DNA of 64,000 nucleotides, from contig JBHGNT010000007.1 in assembly GCA_043228905.1 (NCBI GenBank), forward strand, positions 15,128,001 through 15,192,000, in the 5' to 3' direction. The position numbers and the translations under genes were made by a program. A model generated the notes under the pieces. The model had not been told where the DNA came from. It worked only from the letters and a program-made list of their open reading frames with translations, and did no database searches. The stretch comes from Azolla caroliniana (taxonomy: Eukaryota > Plantae > Polypodiophyta). Below, in pieces: positions 1-13,742 of the stretch. Position 1 is the stretch's first letter; each line of letters begins with the position of its first letter.

Positions 1-3000
1 GTCTTACTAGTTCGATCCGCTTCCAGCATGCATCCAGCTTGTCGGGTATGAGTACTTTGGTCAGCATATCTGACCCGTTGTCGGCCGTGTGGATCTTTGT
101 TAGCGCGAACTCCTGGTCATCTACTCTTTCCCGGATCCAGTGATACCTTCGTTGGATATGCTTCGTCCGGGAATGGTAGGCCACATTCTTAGCAAGGTGG
201 ATGGCACTTTGACTATCACAATAGAGACGGTATTCATCTTGCCGGATACCGAGCTCTCCGATGAAGTCCTTCATCCATAATATTTCCTTGCCGGCTTCCA
301 CAGCCACCATGTACTCCGCCTCCGTGGTTGACAACGCAACCGTCTTCTGCAGCCTCGACTGCCATGAAACAGCTCCCCCTGCATATGTCATTACATACCC
401 GGATGTAGACCGGCTGGTATCCACATCAGCCGACATGTCTGAATCGGTAAAACCGTGAAGTTGAGGTTATCCGGAGCTGAATCGGAGACACATATTTGAA
501 GTGCCCTTCATGTACTGGAGTATCCATTTGACGGCGTTCCGGTGCTCCTTGCCGGGATTGCTCATAAACCGGCTCACCACTCCGACTGTGTATCCTATAT
601 CCGTTCGCGTACACACCATTGCGTACATTAAGCTCCCGACGGCAGAGGCATATGGAACCTTCATCATATCAGCCTTCTCTGCTTTCTTCTTCGAGCTTTG
701 CTTACCGGATAATCTGCAGTTTGCCGGGAGTGTCGATCCGACCGGTTTCGCTTCTAACATGTTGAACCACTGAAGCACCTTTGTCACGTATTTCTCTTGT
801 GATAGCCACAGTTGCTTCGTTGGCCGGTTCCGGATGATATGCATCCCTAGCATTTGTCTTGCCGGACCCAAATCTTTCATTGCGAAAGTTCGGTTGAGAG
901 CCTTCTTCAGCATCCATATTCTGGCTTGGTTCCGTCCGACTATCAACATGTCGTCCACGTACAGAAGGAGTATCAGGAAGTCGCCTCCATCGAACTTCTT
1001 CACAAACACGCAGTGATCGGCCTGCGTCTTGTGGTACCCTTGATCAGTCATGAAGGAGTCGAACTTCCGGTACCATTGTCTGGGAGCCTGCTTCAGTCCG
1101 TACAGGCTCTTCTTCAACCGGCAAACTAGGTGCTCCTTCCCTTTCACCACGAAACCTTCCGGCTGCTGCATGTAAATCTCCTCTTCGAGGTCACCGTGAA
1201 GGAATGTCATCTTCACGTCCAACTGCTCTACCTCAAGGTCCATGCTTGCCACTATACTAAGCACCGTCTGAATGGAGGTCATCTTTACTACCGGGGCAAA
1301 TATCTCGTCGAAGTCCACGCCCTTCTTCTGCTGGAATCCCTTCACCATGATCCTGGCCTTGTATCTCGGGGGGTTGCCAGCATCTCCCGGTTTCAACTTG
1401 TACACCCACTTATTTCGGAGTGCCCGCTTTCCTTTCGGCAACTCCACCAATTCGTATGTATGGTTCTCATGCAGGGAATCCATCTCATCCTGCATGGCAC
1501 TTAACCATTTGCGGTTGTGGGTGTCATCCTTCGCTTCTTCGAAGCTTTTCGGCTCTCCCTCATAGGTTAGCAGCACATGCTCTGAATCCGGAAATCTTCG
1601 AGGTGCCCTTCTCTGTCTGAGAGGATATCTCCGTCTTTGGCCTTCGGCAACCGGCTCCACAATTTGTTCTTCATCCGAATCCGATTCGGGGTCTTGACCG
1701 GTTCTAGTTTCAACTTCCTCTACTTCTTCGTCTGCCGGTTCGCTATCCTCACCGTAACCGGTGGGTTCATCGAGTGCTAACCGGTCTCTTGCCGGTCGGG
1801 TCAGCTCATCGTAGAATCGATCCTTTCCGGTCGACTCGGAGTTCATTACCTTCTTCTCCGACTCCCAATCGGCGAGCTTCTTGTCCTCCATGAAGATAAT
1901 ATCTCGACTCCGGAATACCTTCTTGTCGACCGGGTCCCACACTCGGTAGCCAAACTCATCGTCGCCGTAACCGAGGAATATGCCTGGCTGGGTCTTTGGG
2001 ACTAACTTTCCTCTCTGGTCCTTAGCAACATGCACGTACATGAGACACCCGAACACCTTCAGATGCCGGTAGGACACCTTCTGCGGCGTGTCTCCATCCA
2101 AGGGCACTGAGGGTGACCTATTTATCACATACGTCGCTGTCGACAACGCCTCAGCCCAAAACGTCTTGGGTAATTTTGCATGCGCCAGCATACTCCGGAC
2201 CCTCTCCATTATGGTCTGGTTCATCCTCTCGGCCAACCCGTTTAGTTCCGGCGTCTTCGGCACGGTAAATTCGAGCCGGATTCCCTTCGAGCGGCAGTAC
2301 TCCTCGAACTACCCCCAGTATTCACCTCCGTTATCTGCTCGAACCGCCTTCAGCTTCCGGCCGGTTTCTCTTTCCACTCTCGCGTGGAGCTCTTTGAAGA
2401 CGAATAACACCTAATCCTTCGTCTTTAACGGTGTGGCCCACAGCTTCCGGCTGTGGTCATCTATGAACGTCACGAAGTACTGCGATCTGGCATGTGACTT
2501 CGTGTCCACTTGACATACATTAGTATGCACCAACTCCAGTGGTGCATTACGTCTCATTGGTGGCCTCGATCGGAAGGAGGTCCGGTTTTGTTTACCGGCC
2601 AGACAATCAGTGCACTTCTCCAAGTGCACGTTCTTCACTGGAATGAGGTTGTCTTCCGCAAGCCTCTTCATCCCCTTCTCGCTCATGTGACACAACCTCT
2701 TGTGTCATAACTCACCGGCAGTGTCGGATGCCACGTTCACTTCTTCCGGACGGCATTCATCAAGTACAACGTGTTTACCTTCCGGGCCTAAGCCACAATC
2801 AGGCTTCCTTTGCTGAGCTTTATATCACCGTTCCAGATACTACTCGTGTAGCCTTCATCATCTAGCCGACCGGCTGATATCAGGTTCAGACGAACCTTCC
2901 TAACGTGTCGGACGTCCTTCAGCAGCAGCTTGCATCCGGTTGGTGTTGTCAACCACACGTCTCCTATGACGACAATTCAACATGTACCTTCATTCCCCAT

Positions 3001-4005
3001 CCGGACACAACCGTGATCACCGGCTGAGAAGGATGAGAAGCATTTCCGGTCCGGGGTAAGGTGGAACGAAGCTCCGGAGTTGACCACCCAGGTCATCTCG
3101 TCGCCGCCAAGGTTTAGCTCACTCTCCTCTGTGATGAGCATCAACTCTTCTTCACTTGTCGCGATTGCCGTCGTTCCCTTCTGGTCCGGCCCCCTCCGAT
3201 CTTTACAGTTTTGGTCTGATGTCCGCTTCGAATCGGTGCCGTCGGTTTCCTTGTCCTTTCGGAAGTGCCGACAATTTTTCTGGAAGTGTCCCGGCTTGCC
3301 GCAATAGAAGCAGGTAGGCCTCCCCCTTGACTTTGACCGTGTCCCTGACTTCTCCCGGTTCTGGGGACTACGGTTCCTTTTTCTTCCGCATTCTGATTCG
3401 GTAAGGAGCGCTTTGGAGTCGGAGCTCGTATCCTTATGTTTCCAACACGCCTCCTCATCTAGCTAGCTCGACTTCACTCTTGCTAGGGATAATCGTTTCC
3501 CTTCCAGCCCGGCGTTACCCAAAGTGACAACCAACGTCTCCTAGCTATCTGGGAGGGAACCGAGCAGGAGTAGTGCTAGTACCTCATCAGTGAGAGGCAC
3601 TTCCAATGATGTTGCCTGGTGGATCAGCCCCTGGAAGGCATTCATGTGCTCCGCCATGCTAGAGCCATTTTGGTACCGGAGTCTTACTAGCTTCCGAAAT
3701 ACCGAAACTTGATTAACAACATTTTTGTTCTAAAACATAATGCCGATCTTCTCCCAGAGCTCATGAGCCTTGCTCTCTTCATTGAAGTTGTTGTATAGAT
3801 TCATGTTGATGAAGCACCGTATGTACGCCGTTGTCTTCATGTGCATCACCTCCCATATCGTGGCGTTGATTTTGTCCGGTCTCTTGTCCCTGAACTGAAC
3901 CGGAAACCAAAGATCTTTAACCACGAGCATGTCCCTCATCTTCGACTTCCACACTGAATAGTCGGAGCCGGTGAACTTGAACATGCCTCCCAACGATTCG
4001 TCCAT
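1..4005 (-). pseudogene. Disrupted gag-pol polyprotein of Copia-1
   Basis: ORF pieces 3730-4005, 2411-2695 and 467-2263 are separated by stops and frameshifts. An in-frame 18-bp deletion gives PQKV/SYRH where the 59.9-kb copy has PQRVWTGKELSHRH. Confidence 0.9.
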
Positions 4006-4020
4006 TTTCTATGTCGTTTC

Positions 4021-4032
4021 GCTCTGATACCA
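4021..4032 (-). promoter_or_regulatory. Primer binding site, tRNA-iMet
   Basis: Reverse complement TGGTATCAGAGC, 3 nt from the LTR end. Confidence 0.9.
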
Positions 4033-4035
4033 CTT

Positions 4036-4646
4036 TGATAGGAACTACACGCTCCCGATGAACACCGCTCAGCCACAACCAAGCTTAGAATCAAACACAG
4101 AAAATGGGGAATGAATGCACGACACAATGGAGAGAAGAATACACAGGATGTTTATGTGGAAAAACCACGGCAATCCACTAACTGATAACTATCACTATGT
4201 AACAATATACAATAGATGAACACAGAGGCAACGACCTCTTCTTCACTGTCTTCGCCACAGGCGGCTGTTACAACAGAGATACAAACTCTTCGTCTCTTTC
4301 TCTCTCTCTCTCTCTGTACACTATTGTGCTCTAATCTTGCGCCAACAAGAATGACAACAACTATACTAAGTTTGCCCTAAGTCATATTTATACTAATATG
4401 ACTTTTCGGCTATTTACAAATATAGCCCCGATGAACTCTCAGAAAACATATTTACGAATATGTCCCTTCATCCGGTGAGCATTTCACACCGGGCCTTCAC
4501 CATCCGGCTCTTGCCGGGTACTCGTCATCCGGTTCTCACCGGGTCTTCTGTAGCCGGGTACCCGTCATCCGGTTTCGGCCGAGGCCGAATTTGCTCATCA
4601 GTACTGTTCTTCTCACTTCCCATCCGGAGGGACCTGTTTCTTAACA
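4036..4646 (-). repeat. 5' LTR of Copia-1 (about 611 bp)
   Basis: TGTTAAGAAACAGGTCCCTCCGGATGG...TCCTATCA on the minus strand; homologous to the LTR at 62021-62627. Confidence 0.85.
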
Positions 4647-5864
4647 CCAACTTGGTCCTTTTATCCCTAGGGATGAATGCATAGGCTTTGCATTGGAATA
4701 TACGGAGCTTGTTGTAGGTCAACAGTTTTCCTGACCATAGTGGTTGTGGCACTTTGAGCTGTATTGTTCTTGACGGTGATAGATTTATCAAGTATACTAT
4801 TGTTTGCAATGTTTCGGCCTAGAATTCTAGCTTTAGTCCGGATTGCTGGAGCATTGCCGCCACTCTCTCTTGATCATTCGGTTGATTAATTCTGCCACAC
4901 CATTCTGCACATGGGTATAGGGGATAGTCAATTGATGTTGGATCCCTTTTTCCGCAGATATTGTTTAAAGGCTCGGGAGGTGTATTCACCTCCATTGTCA
5001 AACTGGAGTGTCTTCACTCGGTGTCCTGATCGGTTCTCCACTTTAGCCATAATCGATGGGACTCACCATCAGTGAATCAACAAAAGCTCACTACTTGTCC
5101 GAGTCTGCTGGCAGAGCAGGCCGAAGTACCAGTAGGCCGAGAAGGAGGAATGAAGATCGACAATGGTTGAAGTCGAGGAATACTTGATCAAGTGATTTCT
5201 GCACTCATTGCAGAAAGATTGGTTACAAAGTTTTCAATTGATGGTCGATAAAGAGAAACGAGAATGGTAGGTGATTTGATCAGACACAAGGAAAATCTGA
5301 TTTGAATCATTCTCTTAATGGCAACCAAGTCAATATTTCCGAATCCCAGTTTTGAGAAATCCTCTCCTTGGAGGAATCGTCGACTTGTGAAGTCCTATAC
5401 AGTGAGCAAGATGTGCAAACGTGGCTAGTGGATTCCGGTGCCACATTTCACGTGACCCCCAACGTGAAATGGTTTTCAGACTATTTGGCTGAAGCCAATG
5501 ACACAGTCCGACTAGGCAACGAGCAGGAGTGCATAATCCTAGGGATTGGCGAGGTCCCCATTTGATTGTCGAATGACAAACTATCACCCTACACTGAGTC
5601 CAGCACGTACCCAAGCTAAGGATTCTAGTCTCCATCGGCATGTTAGCCAAAGCTGGGTACCAAACGACTATATGTGGTTCATCATGGACGATGAACTGAG
5701 GGAACATGAAAATCGGTTGCGGATACAAGTCCAACAACTTGTATCCGTAGGAAGTATCATGTACACAATGGTGGCGACTGGACCTGATCTTGCATATGTC
5801 GTAAGGGTCATCAGCCGGTACATGTCGAACCTAGGACAAAAGCATTGGGAGGTTATCAAGAAGA
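4647..5864. pseudogene. Rearranged mosaic of old Copia fragments (related to element C)
   Basis: Minus-strand integrase piece at 4647-4880 (LINLSPSR...KLRIFQCKAYAFIP); plus-strand protease at 5368-5565 (WLVDSGATFHVTP); plus-strand RT end at about 5740-5864 (VGSIMYTMVATGPDLAY). Confidence 0.8.
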
Positions 5865-6081
5865 TGTGTACAACAAACACCATAGACATAATATAGATAT
5901 GCAGGAAGGTAGAAGGTAAGGTAGACACGATTTAGCTCTAAAGGTAAATTATATTTCTCTTATGTAACTCTCTCTCTCTCTCTACAATGTTACAATTGGG
6001 ATTATATATATAGAAGCCCTAACATGGCGATGTGTTCACACTAAGGATACAAAGTGGAAGGAGTCGGCGTTTATGCCAACA
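5865..6081 (-). repeat. Possible short solo LTR
   Basis: TGTTGG...TACACA termini with TATA-like and (GA)n tracts; no convincing TSD. Confidence 0.3.
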
Positions 6082-7079
6082 AGGGGGTGCTATGATGATA
6101 TGATGATATGATGCTATGTTCTTGTTCTTGTCTGTCTATTGTTCCCCTCCCCTCTTTAGGTACACAATATCTTTATCCCATTCATTTCGCCCTAGTTGCA
6201 AAGTTCTTTTGCCCATACCAAGTTTGAGCCATTCAAAAGATAAGAGTACGAAGATTCTTTCTTACCCTTTTAGTAAAGGATCTCAATGTCACATTGTAGA
6301 GCCATTTCGTTAGCTGAAAATTATTATTTAGTGTTCATGAAAATGATGAAATATGTTTATAATGCCCAATGTTGGAAATGTGTAAATTTTTTGCTAAAGA
6401 ATGTTTCAGTACATCAACAACAAACATTTGTTACTTTAGTGAAGGGAAGATATGAAGAAACGGAAGGACAGGAAATATATGTAAAAATGTGGGAGTTTTA
6501 TAGGAGTACGAATGTGATCGAATGAGATGTTGGGAATGATCCATTAAAGGGTATTGGGATCAAAATTGAAACAATTTAGGATAACCATGCTCCAATAATT
6601 CAAGTTTATAAATATGTGATATGCATACTCATGGAGGCAATTTCAAATTCTAACTGACAAGAAATAATTAAGCAGTATTATGAATTTCCTCAAGATGCTA
6701 GCACAAAATTAAATATATTTCTTGGACATACCACAAAGCAAAATTAAAATCTAAAGCCACAAGTTCTTTCAAAAAATCAAATTTATTTAGTTTTGACTTC
6801 ACCAAATGCTAGCCATGTGGCGGAGAGACATGTAAATCTAGATAAAAGGACATATAAGTACAACAATGCAGATCTCTAAAACTATAGGATAGATAAATAA
6901 GGACATATCTTGTCAATTGTAAGACCAATCTTTAAATACCTACCAATCACTTTATGTAAGATGTGATTTTAGTGGAAGGTCATAATCACATTGTAAGAGG
7001 TAGGTATGTGTATCATTAGGGTTTGATTATTATGGTTCAAACTAATGATAAAAAAAAGAGATTTAAGGAAATGAATGGA

Positions 7080-7960
7080 GTATGAAAGATCCAGAATACC
7101 ATGTGTCTAATTTAGCGCACTTAATTGTAAAGAAACTTTTGGTAGTAGGAGGTACATGAAGAAGACTTTTTTTAGTAGGATTCAAAGCATGAGGATACCT
7201 ATTATGATCAACATAAAAACATGCTTTATCATGATCAATCTTAATGTTAGCTCATGCAATATGCAACATTTCTTACATATCCCTAGGAAAGTTTAATGCA
7301 ATTTATATCAATTAAAATTCACTTTTATCGGGGTTCGTAACTTTGATTACAACTTACAACCATATATCAAAGTAGATGGACTATATGTACTTAAAGTATG
7401 TTTAGTGCTATTGTAAGCAAACCCTGATAAAGAGAAGTCTTTTTCCCATTTTGTAGACTTCTTTGTCTTTTTCCTCAATAATTTGATAGATTCCTTCATT
7501 TTTGACCATCAAGATAAGGATAAGGCTCAAAGTAGTTTCTAGATTTTTAAAGACCTAAGTCCAAAACTCATTAGTAAGCGTAGATTTCTATCACTTACTA
7601 CATCTATTTGGTAACTAATCAATGAATTGGTAAACCAATTGATGCGCTATTATCGTCATTTTACTTGTTCCATTATCTTTGTGTTCAAGGGTAGCTAACA
7701 ATAAAATCAATAAATAGACTTTCCCATGTACTATTAAAAATACCTAATGGATGTAGAAGACCTACAACTTTATGCCACCGAGCTTTATCCATTGAGTATT
7801 CTAGGGTACCCACTTGAGATGTATCATGACACTCTAGGAAAGAATTTTTGTTTTTACTGGAGGAAAATTTGCAACACAAACCTTCCCATTACGGGAGAAC
7901 ATACAACTAGAAATGTGAAGCGTCGACTTCGAGGATGGTGATTTTAATGACATCTAAATT
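7080..7960 (-). pseudogene. Decayed Ty3/Gypsy integrase remnant
   Basis: GLLHPLGIFNSTWESLFIDFIVSYP in ORF 7685-7879; 7195-7300 is homologous to 53206-53320. Confidence 0.7.
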
Positions 7961-8339
7961 ACTCGATTTATCTCGCATCTAATATCTTGCGAAGAATCTT
8001 TTATTAAAGTATTTCCCTCAAAATTGATGAGAAAAGAATATCTTATTCAATGAAACCAAGGATGTTAACTATATGAATACAATGAACAAGATCAACCATT
8101 GTGTTCTTTGAACCTTTCCGATAATGAATAGGAAAATCAAAGGCTTGGATGAGTTAAGTAAGCATCTCATGTTCTTAGCTTAAATTAAATGTGGTGCTTA
8201 AGAATGAATCGTTTACCATTTCATTATTGTTAGCGTGACGTGAATGTTGAAGGTATTTCATAGTGTAATGTTGAAGATGTAGTTCTTCCCATTGTTTGCT
8301 AACTAGAATGATGCGAAAATCTCAAAGACCCTAAAATAA

Positions 8340-9403
8340 CTCATTTCAACACTAAACGAAATATAAGTGGTGCAACCAAATTTGAGGTTCATTCAAAACT
8401 TCTTTGAAGACTGTTTTGATATGCGAGATGTTATCATACATGCCGCATATAGGGTCAGTAAGAAAAGGTTATAAGGAACATTTTGCGTAACCATTGTTTG
8501 TACAATCCTAGATAAATGTAAAAGATCTATCATCTTAGATATTAATAGGGTGTATCTCAAGGGTACAAGTTTCATTATAACATAGGATCGAACTCCAAAA
8601 GAGCAAGAAACTAGAAGGCAAGCATATGCATCTAGGAAACAACTTCAAAATGCATAGCAAGTGATAACTTTATGTTGTGGAATGATAGAGGATAAAGGGT
8701 TAGGATGAAGTGATGCTAAACATCGAATTAATGTTATATTTTTGGTTGAAACTTGGGAGTATGATGCGAAATGCATACATAAGATAGATGACTACCTTAA
8801 ATCAAATCGATATTCATGCCTCATTCTAAAGGAAAGATATGGACGTGCAAGGATAACATGTATTTGCTATGAGAAATTAGATAATTATGTAAGATTATGT
8901 AAGTATGATGATATAAGAAATGCTTATGGATAGAGATTAATTCGGCAAAGAGAACCTCTACATAGTGGCATGCTACATTCCTCATAAAGAGTCAAACTAA
9001 TATAGCAGATTTGGGTTGGAATGTGATGATCCTTTCACATAATTATGTAAAGACATACTTGGTTTTTAGAAACTTGGTAAAGTGTTGATTATGGAAGATG
9101 TTAATACTAAAGTTGGCAAATACCAAAATATGGAGATATCAGAAGAAAATATAATGGACCATTGTCTATTACGTGACTCAAAGGATTGTATTGTGATGGA
9201 TTATGGAAGAATTCTTATACATATGCTTGACTACACAAACTTGATCATCTTAAATGATATAAATGTTTTTTCTTTGACAAATGTAATCACATGTTAGCCT
9301 TAGGTGGAGGAAGTCTAGTAGATTATATATTTATGAAGGCACGTGATTTATCCATGGTGAATGCATTTAAGATTGGTCTTTTATCCCTAGACCTAAACCA
9401 TAA
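8340..9403 (+). mobile_element. Decayed LINE fragment (ORF1 C-terminus plus AP-endonuclease; RTEX/L2-like)
   Basis: ORF1-like PLFVQ/IVCTILDKCKRSIILD...LKGTSFIIT*DRTPKEQETRR. APE motifs FLVETW, MEDVNTKVG (GDFNA-like), RDSKD...YGRILI, SLVDYIF and DLNH (SDH-like). Cut by LTR D at 9404. Confidence 0.7.
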
Positions 9404-9430
9404 TGTCGAATACAGGCTTATAATGGATGT

Positions 9431-9883
9431 TGTTGAGAATCAAGCTCAACATAGCACAACGTGTGAACACACCTTTTGAGAATCTATTATTACTCAAAGG
9501 TCAAGAGTCACACCACTACTCTCTACACATTAACTATGTGTCATAGAATCATATTCTATGACACATAACTAATGAGTTACATATTCCCCATGACTATGAG
9601 TCTTCACATTCCCCAAGAGAGAGAGAGTGGTTGTTGTAAGTTAATGAAGAGAGAGGGTGACTCTATATAAAGCACCCTCCTCATACTTCATACTAAGTCG
9701 GTTGTGACTCCTTATTATGCTACATTTTGTAATTCTTATTCTACTTGTGAAACATACACCTTCTTCTTGAGTATTCCTTTTTCTACCTATCTTGTGTTCT
9801 CTCATCTCTCCTCTAATTCTTCTTACACATACACATAACACACATCTCTTCCGTTACACAAGAGTCATACCCGATTCTTTACA
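9431..9883 (+). repeat. 5' LTR of Copia A
   Basis: TGTTGAG...CTTTACA, directly followed by the PBS. Confidence 0.95.
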
Positions 9884-10050
9884 TGGTGTCAGAGCGATTT
9901 GGTAGCTCAATCTAGCCCACTCGCCTCATCGTGATCGTGTGTTGTGCTCTACGCTGACATTCAAGAAGAACCGGCTCATCACTATTGTAGTACTACTACA
10001 TAGCTCGTGTTCGAGAGAGAAGGAAAAGAATAAAGGAAGCTTAATCGACA

Positions 10051-13000
10051 ATGAATACTCAAATGGGGAGTGCTCTCCCTAGCGAGAAGTTGGATCGCAA
10101 CAACTTTGCATCTTGGGAGTACAAGATGCATCAATACCTTGTCGGCCATGGCTATTGGAGTTACATCAAGGGAGCACAAGAAAACCGACCCGACCCGAAA
10201 GACGCCGACTATGCAACTTGGGAGCAAGCAGCAAGTTGAGTGATTTATTGCTTTGCGACATGTGTTCACGACCACATGCTCGGCTACATTCGAGAAGCCG
10301 AGACGCCGAAGGAAGCGTGGGAGAATCTACGAAAGATTTTCGCCACCAACACAACCGCGAGAAAGCGTCAACTCCACCAAGAGTTGAACAACATCCAACA
10401 ACGGGATATGTCCATTACAAGCTACACCTTGAAGATCAAGGAGATTTGTGATGCACTCGGCTCGATAAGCGTGAATGTGGAGGATGACGAAATCGTGCAA
10501 ATATGCCTCGGTGGCCTTGCACCACGGTTCGGCACGATGCGGACCGCCGTACTAGCACGGGAGAATCCGCCCTCCTTCTTCGATCTTCAATCCATGTTGT
10601 TGGTCAAAGAGAATCATGTTCGAACAAGGAGCAACGCCTCAGAAGGCCACATGCTCTACATGCATTTAGACGGAGGAAGAGGACGCGGCTGTGTAAGAAG
10701 AGACCAATTCGGCCAAGGATGAGGCGGACGAGTCCCGATTTATGAAAACAACTCTCAATTACGGCAACAACATGGAGGTCATCGAGGAACCTTCGAAAGA
10801 AGGGGGAGCCACCATTCCGGTTCGAGCCGAAAAACCTCAATGCGGCCACCTTGAAGAAGAGTGCCGAAAGAAGATGCTTGAGTCGGCTTCCACTAGTCGA
10901 CAACCCACCAATTACGCCGCTAACTCCGAGTACGACAACTACGGTGGATTATTCCTAATGAGACATAGAGCAAATTCTATGTCGGCCTCTACTTCTACTA
11001 GTGTCTCCGGTCCGGAAGACGTATGGTTTGTCGATTCTGGTGCCTCGAACCATATGACGTTGGATCAAGAATGGTTCTGAGAACTTCGAGAGCTAGACCG
11101 TCCCGGCTATGTCGAAACCAGAGACGACAGTACGCACCCGATTCGGCACATCGGCAATGTTCCGTTCGGAAAAGAAGGTAAGAATAAGTACATTAAAAAT
11201 TTATTGCATGTACCAACCATTACGAAGAATTTGGTCTCCGTCGGCCAAATTGTAGAGCAAGGAATGCAAGTTCAATTTAATCAAGGCTGTTGCTTCATCG
11301 AAAAAGAGGGTTGACTCATCGCGCGTGGACGGAGAGAGGGTCGAATGTTCATTCTCGACTCGCACGAGATGAAATCGGCCATGTTCGCAAAAGGCACGAA
11401 ATCCGAGTCCGACATAGAGTTATGGCACAAGCGGATTGGCCATATCAACCTTCAAAAGCTCAAGGTGATGTAATCGAAAGGAGTCGTCATTGGACTCCAG
11501 ACCTTCAAAGAGAGAGACATTGAAGGCGTATGTGCGGCTTGCCAATTCGGCAAGCAATATCGGCATCCATTTCTGAAGGAGAGGAATGTAAGCAAAGGCA
11601 TACTCGACGTAATTCATTCTGATGTATGGGGACCGGCTCAAATGGCGACATTCGGCGGATGCCGATACTACGTGACCTTTATCTACGTCTTCGCTAAGCA
11701 CACTTGTATCTACCTGATGCGGCAAAAGAGTGAAGTGTTCGGACACTTCCAAAAATTCAAGAGTGGAGTAGGAAAAGCTACGAGTCAACACGTTTGGTGC
11801 CTTCGATCGGATGGAGGCAAGGAATATTTCTCAGATGAGTTTACAACGTATCTACCAAAAGAAGGAATTCGGCGAGAGTTTTCATGTCGACATACGCCAC
11901 AACAAAATGGAGTGTCCGAACGAAAGAATCGGCACATCCTCGAAGTAGCACGAGCCATGATGAATGAAAAGCACGTGCCCAAATCATACTGGGTAGAAGC
12001 AGCTAACACAGCTATATACCTCATGAATTTGGTGTACGACATCCAGCGTGCATGACCTCACGCTGCATGAGAAGTTTTTCGGAAAGAAGCCGAACATATC
12101 GCATGTTCGGATATTCGGCTCCATTGCGTATGTGCACATCCCCGACGAAAAGCGACAAAAGCTTGACCCAAAGTCGGAGAAATGTATCCTCATCAGATAC
12201 TCATTGGAGCAAAAGGGGTACAAGTACTACAACCCTTCGACTTGAAAAGTCCGTGTAAGTCGAGACGTCGTTTTTGACGAGTCCGCATCCTGGTACGCAC
12301 CAGAGACAACTACGACTCCGATTCCGCTCGACCCGGAATCCGCCGAACAAGAAATAGAGGATAAAGATCGCCTTACGTGCATGTTCGAAGAAAGTCCGAT
12401 CATGACCCGACTGAGCGGACCACAAGAGCCTCTGAGCGATCAAAGCACATCTCGACTGAGTGAGTTCGAAGGCCTTGACATGTGGACAAATGGAGTGAAG
12501 AAAGCCTTAGAATCCGCAAACGAGAAGCTCCGCCGATCCACCCGTGAAAAGAAACCCGTAAACCAATTTGGCTACGATGAGTACATGGCGTAGCATTACG
12601 CATTGATGATGAAGGTGGCAACAGTACGGGAGCTAGAAACCTTTTCCAAAGCCGCGAAGGACCCGCGATGGATCGAAGCAATGAACAAGGAGATGTGTGC
12701 ATTATGCAAGAATGAGACATGGGATTTCGTTCCCCACTTACTGCACAAGAAGGCAATTGGTTGCAGATGGATATACAAGGTAAAGGATAATGCCAATGGC
12801 TTCGTAAACCGTTACAAAGCTCAACTCACAGCGAAAGGATACACACAAACACATGGAGTCGACTATGAAGAAACCTTTGCCCTGGTGGCAAAGATGACGA
12901 CGGTGCCGACCGTAATTGCACTCGCAGCGGTGAAAGGGTGGCACCTCTACTAGATGGACGTTAAGAATGCTTTCCTCCAAGGTGAATTAGAAGAGGAGGT

Positions 13001-13339
13001 GTACATGGTACAACCTCCTGGCTTCGAATCGCGCATTAATCCGAAAGCCATGTGCCGACTCAAGAAGCCACTCTACGGCCTTAAGCAACCACCGCGTGCT
13101 TGGCATTTGAAGATTACGCATTATCTTCATCAAATCGGCTTTCAAATGTCGAAATCCGACAACTCCCTCTGCGTACGACACGACTCTAGAAGCTTGATTG
13201 TCATCATCCAATACATGGATGATCTGGTCATTGGAGGTGAAAGTCTGGTCAACATCAACCAGGTCAAGTCCCTCCTCTCCAGAAAATTCGAGATGACGGA
13301 CATGAAGGAGCTCCATTACTTCCTTGGCATCAAAGTAAT
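10051..13339 (+). pseudogene. Copia A gag-PR-IN-RT (5' part), many stops
   Basis: [66 protein letters not shown]; interrupted at FLGIKV. Confidence 0.9.
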
Positions 13340-13742
13340 TGTAAGAAGTAACGTGCGGAAGCAAGTATGAAGACGGAACAGAAGGAAGAAAACTCAGGTT
13401 TAATGGAGAGCTTGAGCTTATGCAGTATACTCAGGAGAGACAGAGAGAGTGAGAGAGAGAAAACACAAGAACTATATTCAACAAAAGATCTCGATTCACT
13501 ACTCTATACATATGTGTGTTCCATGAACACTTTTATACAAGTCCTCGAAGGACTGACCGAAGTACTGACCGTACTTCAATGCTCTTTAAGAGCCCCTACA
13601 CTAACTCCCAAATATATTCCTCACGGAATATCTTTCCTAACGGCCTCCCGGTTTACGCACTTGGCCTAACCGATCGGTCCCAACCGATCCAGTCCTTGGC
13701 TTCTTCAGCCGATCCGGCCGATGTTGAGCTTGTCTCTCAACA
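13340..13742 (-). repeat. 3' LTR of Copia B
   Basis: Near-identical to 22907-23309; preceded by PPT TTGAGGGGGAG on the minus strand. Confidence 0.95.

Larger units (their letters stand above)
1..4646 (-). mobile_element. Ty1/Copia LTR retrotransposon (Tork/Tnt1-like, 'Copia-1'); 3' end lies outside the window
   Basis: Minus-strand order LTR - PBS - gag (MDESLGGMFKFTGSDYSVWK, CCHC knuckle near 3280-3315) - protease (WVVNSGASFH) - integrase (ELVHTNVC, ELNGLAERMN) - RT (QLDVKMTFLHG, LLYVDDML) - RNase H (ALSTTEAEY, KHIQRRYHW). Confidence 0.95.

Noticed and set aside
6116-7080. Host gene exons in AT-rich DNA (also 26350-28030 and 46100-46900)
   Set aside because: Only short ORFs with no recognisable motif or consistent exon chain; a decayed gene cannot be excluded without a search.
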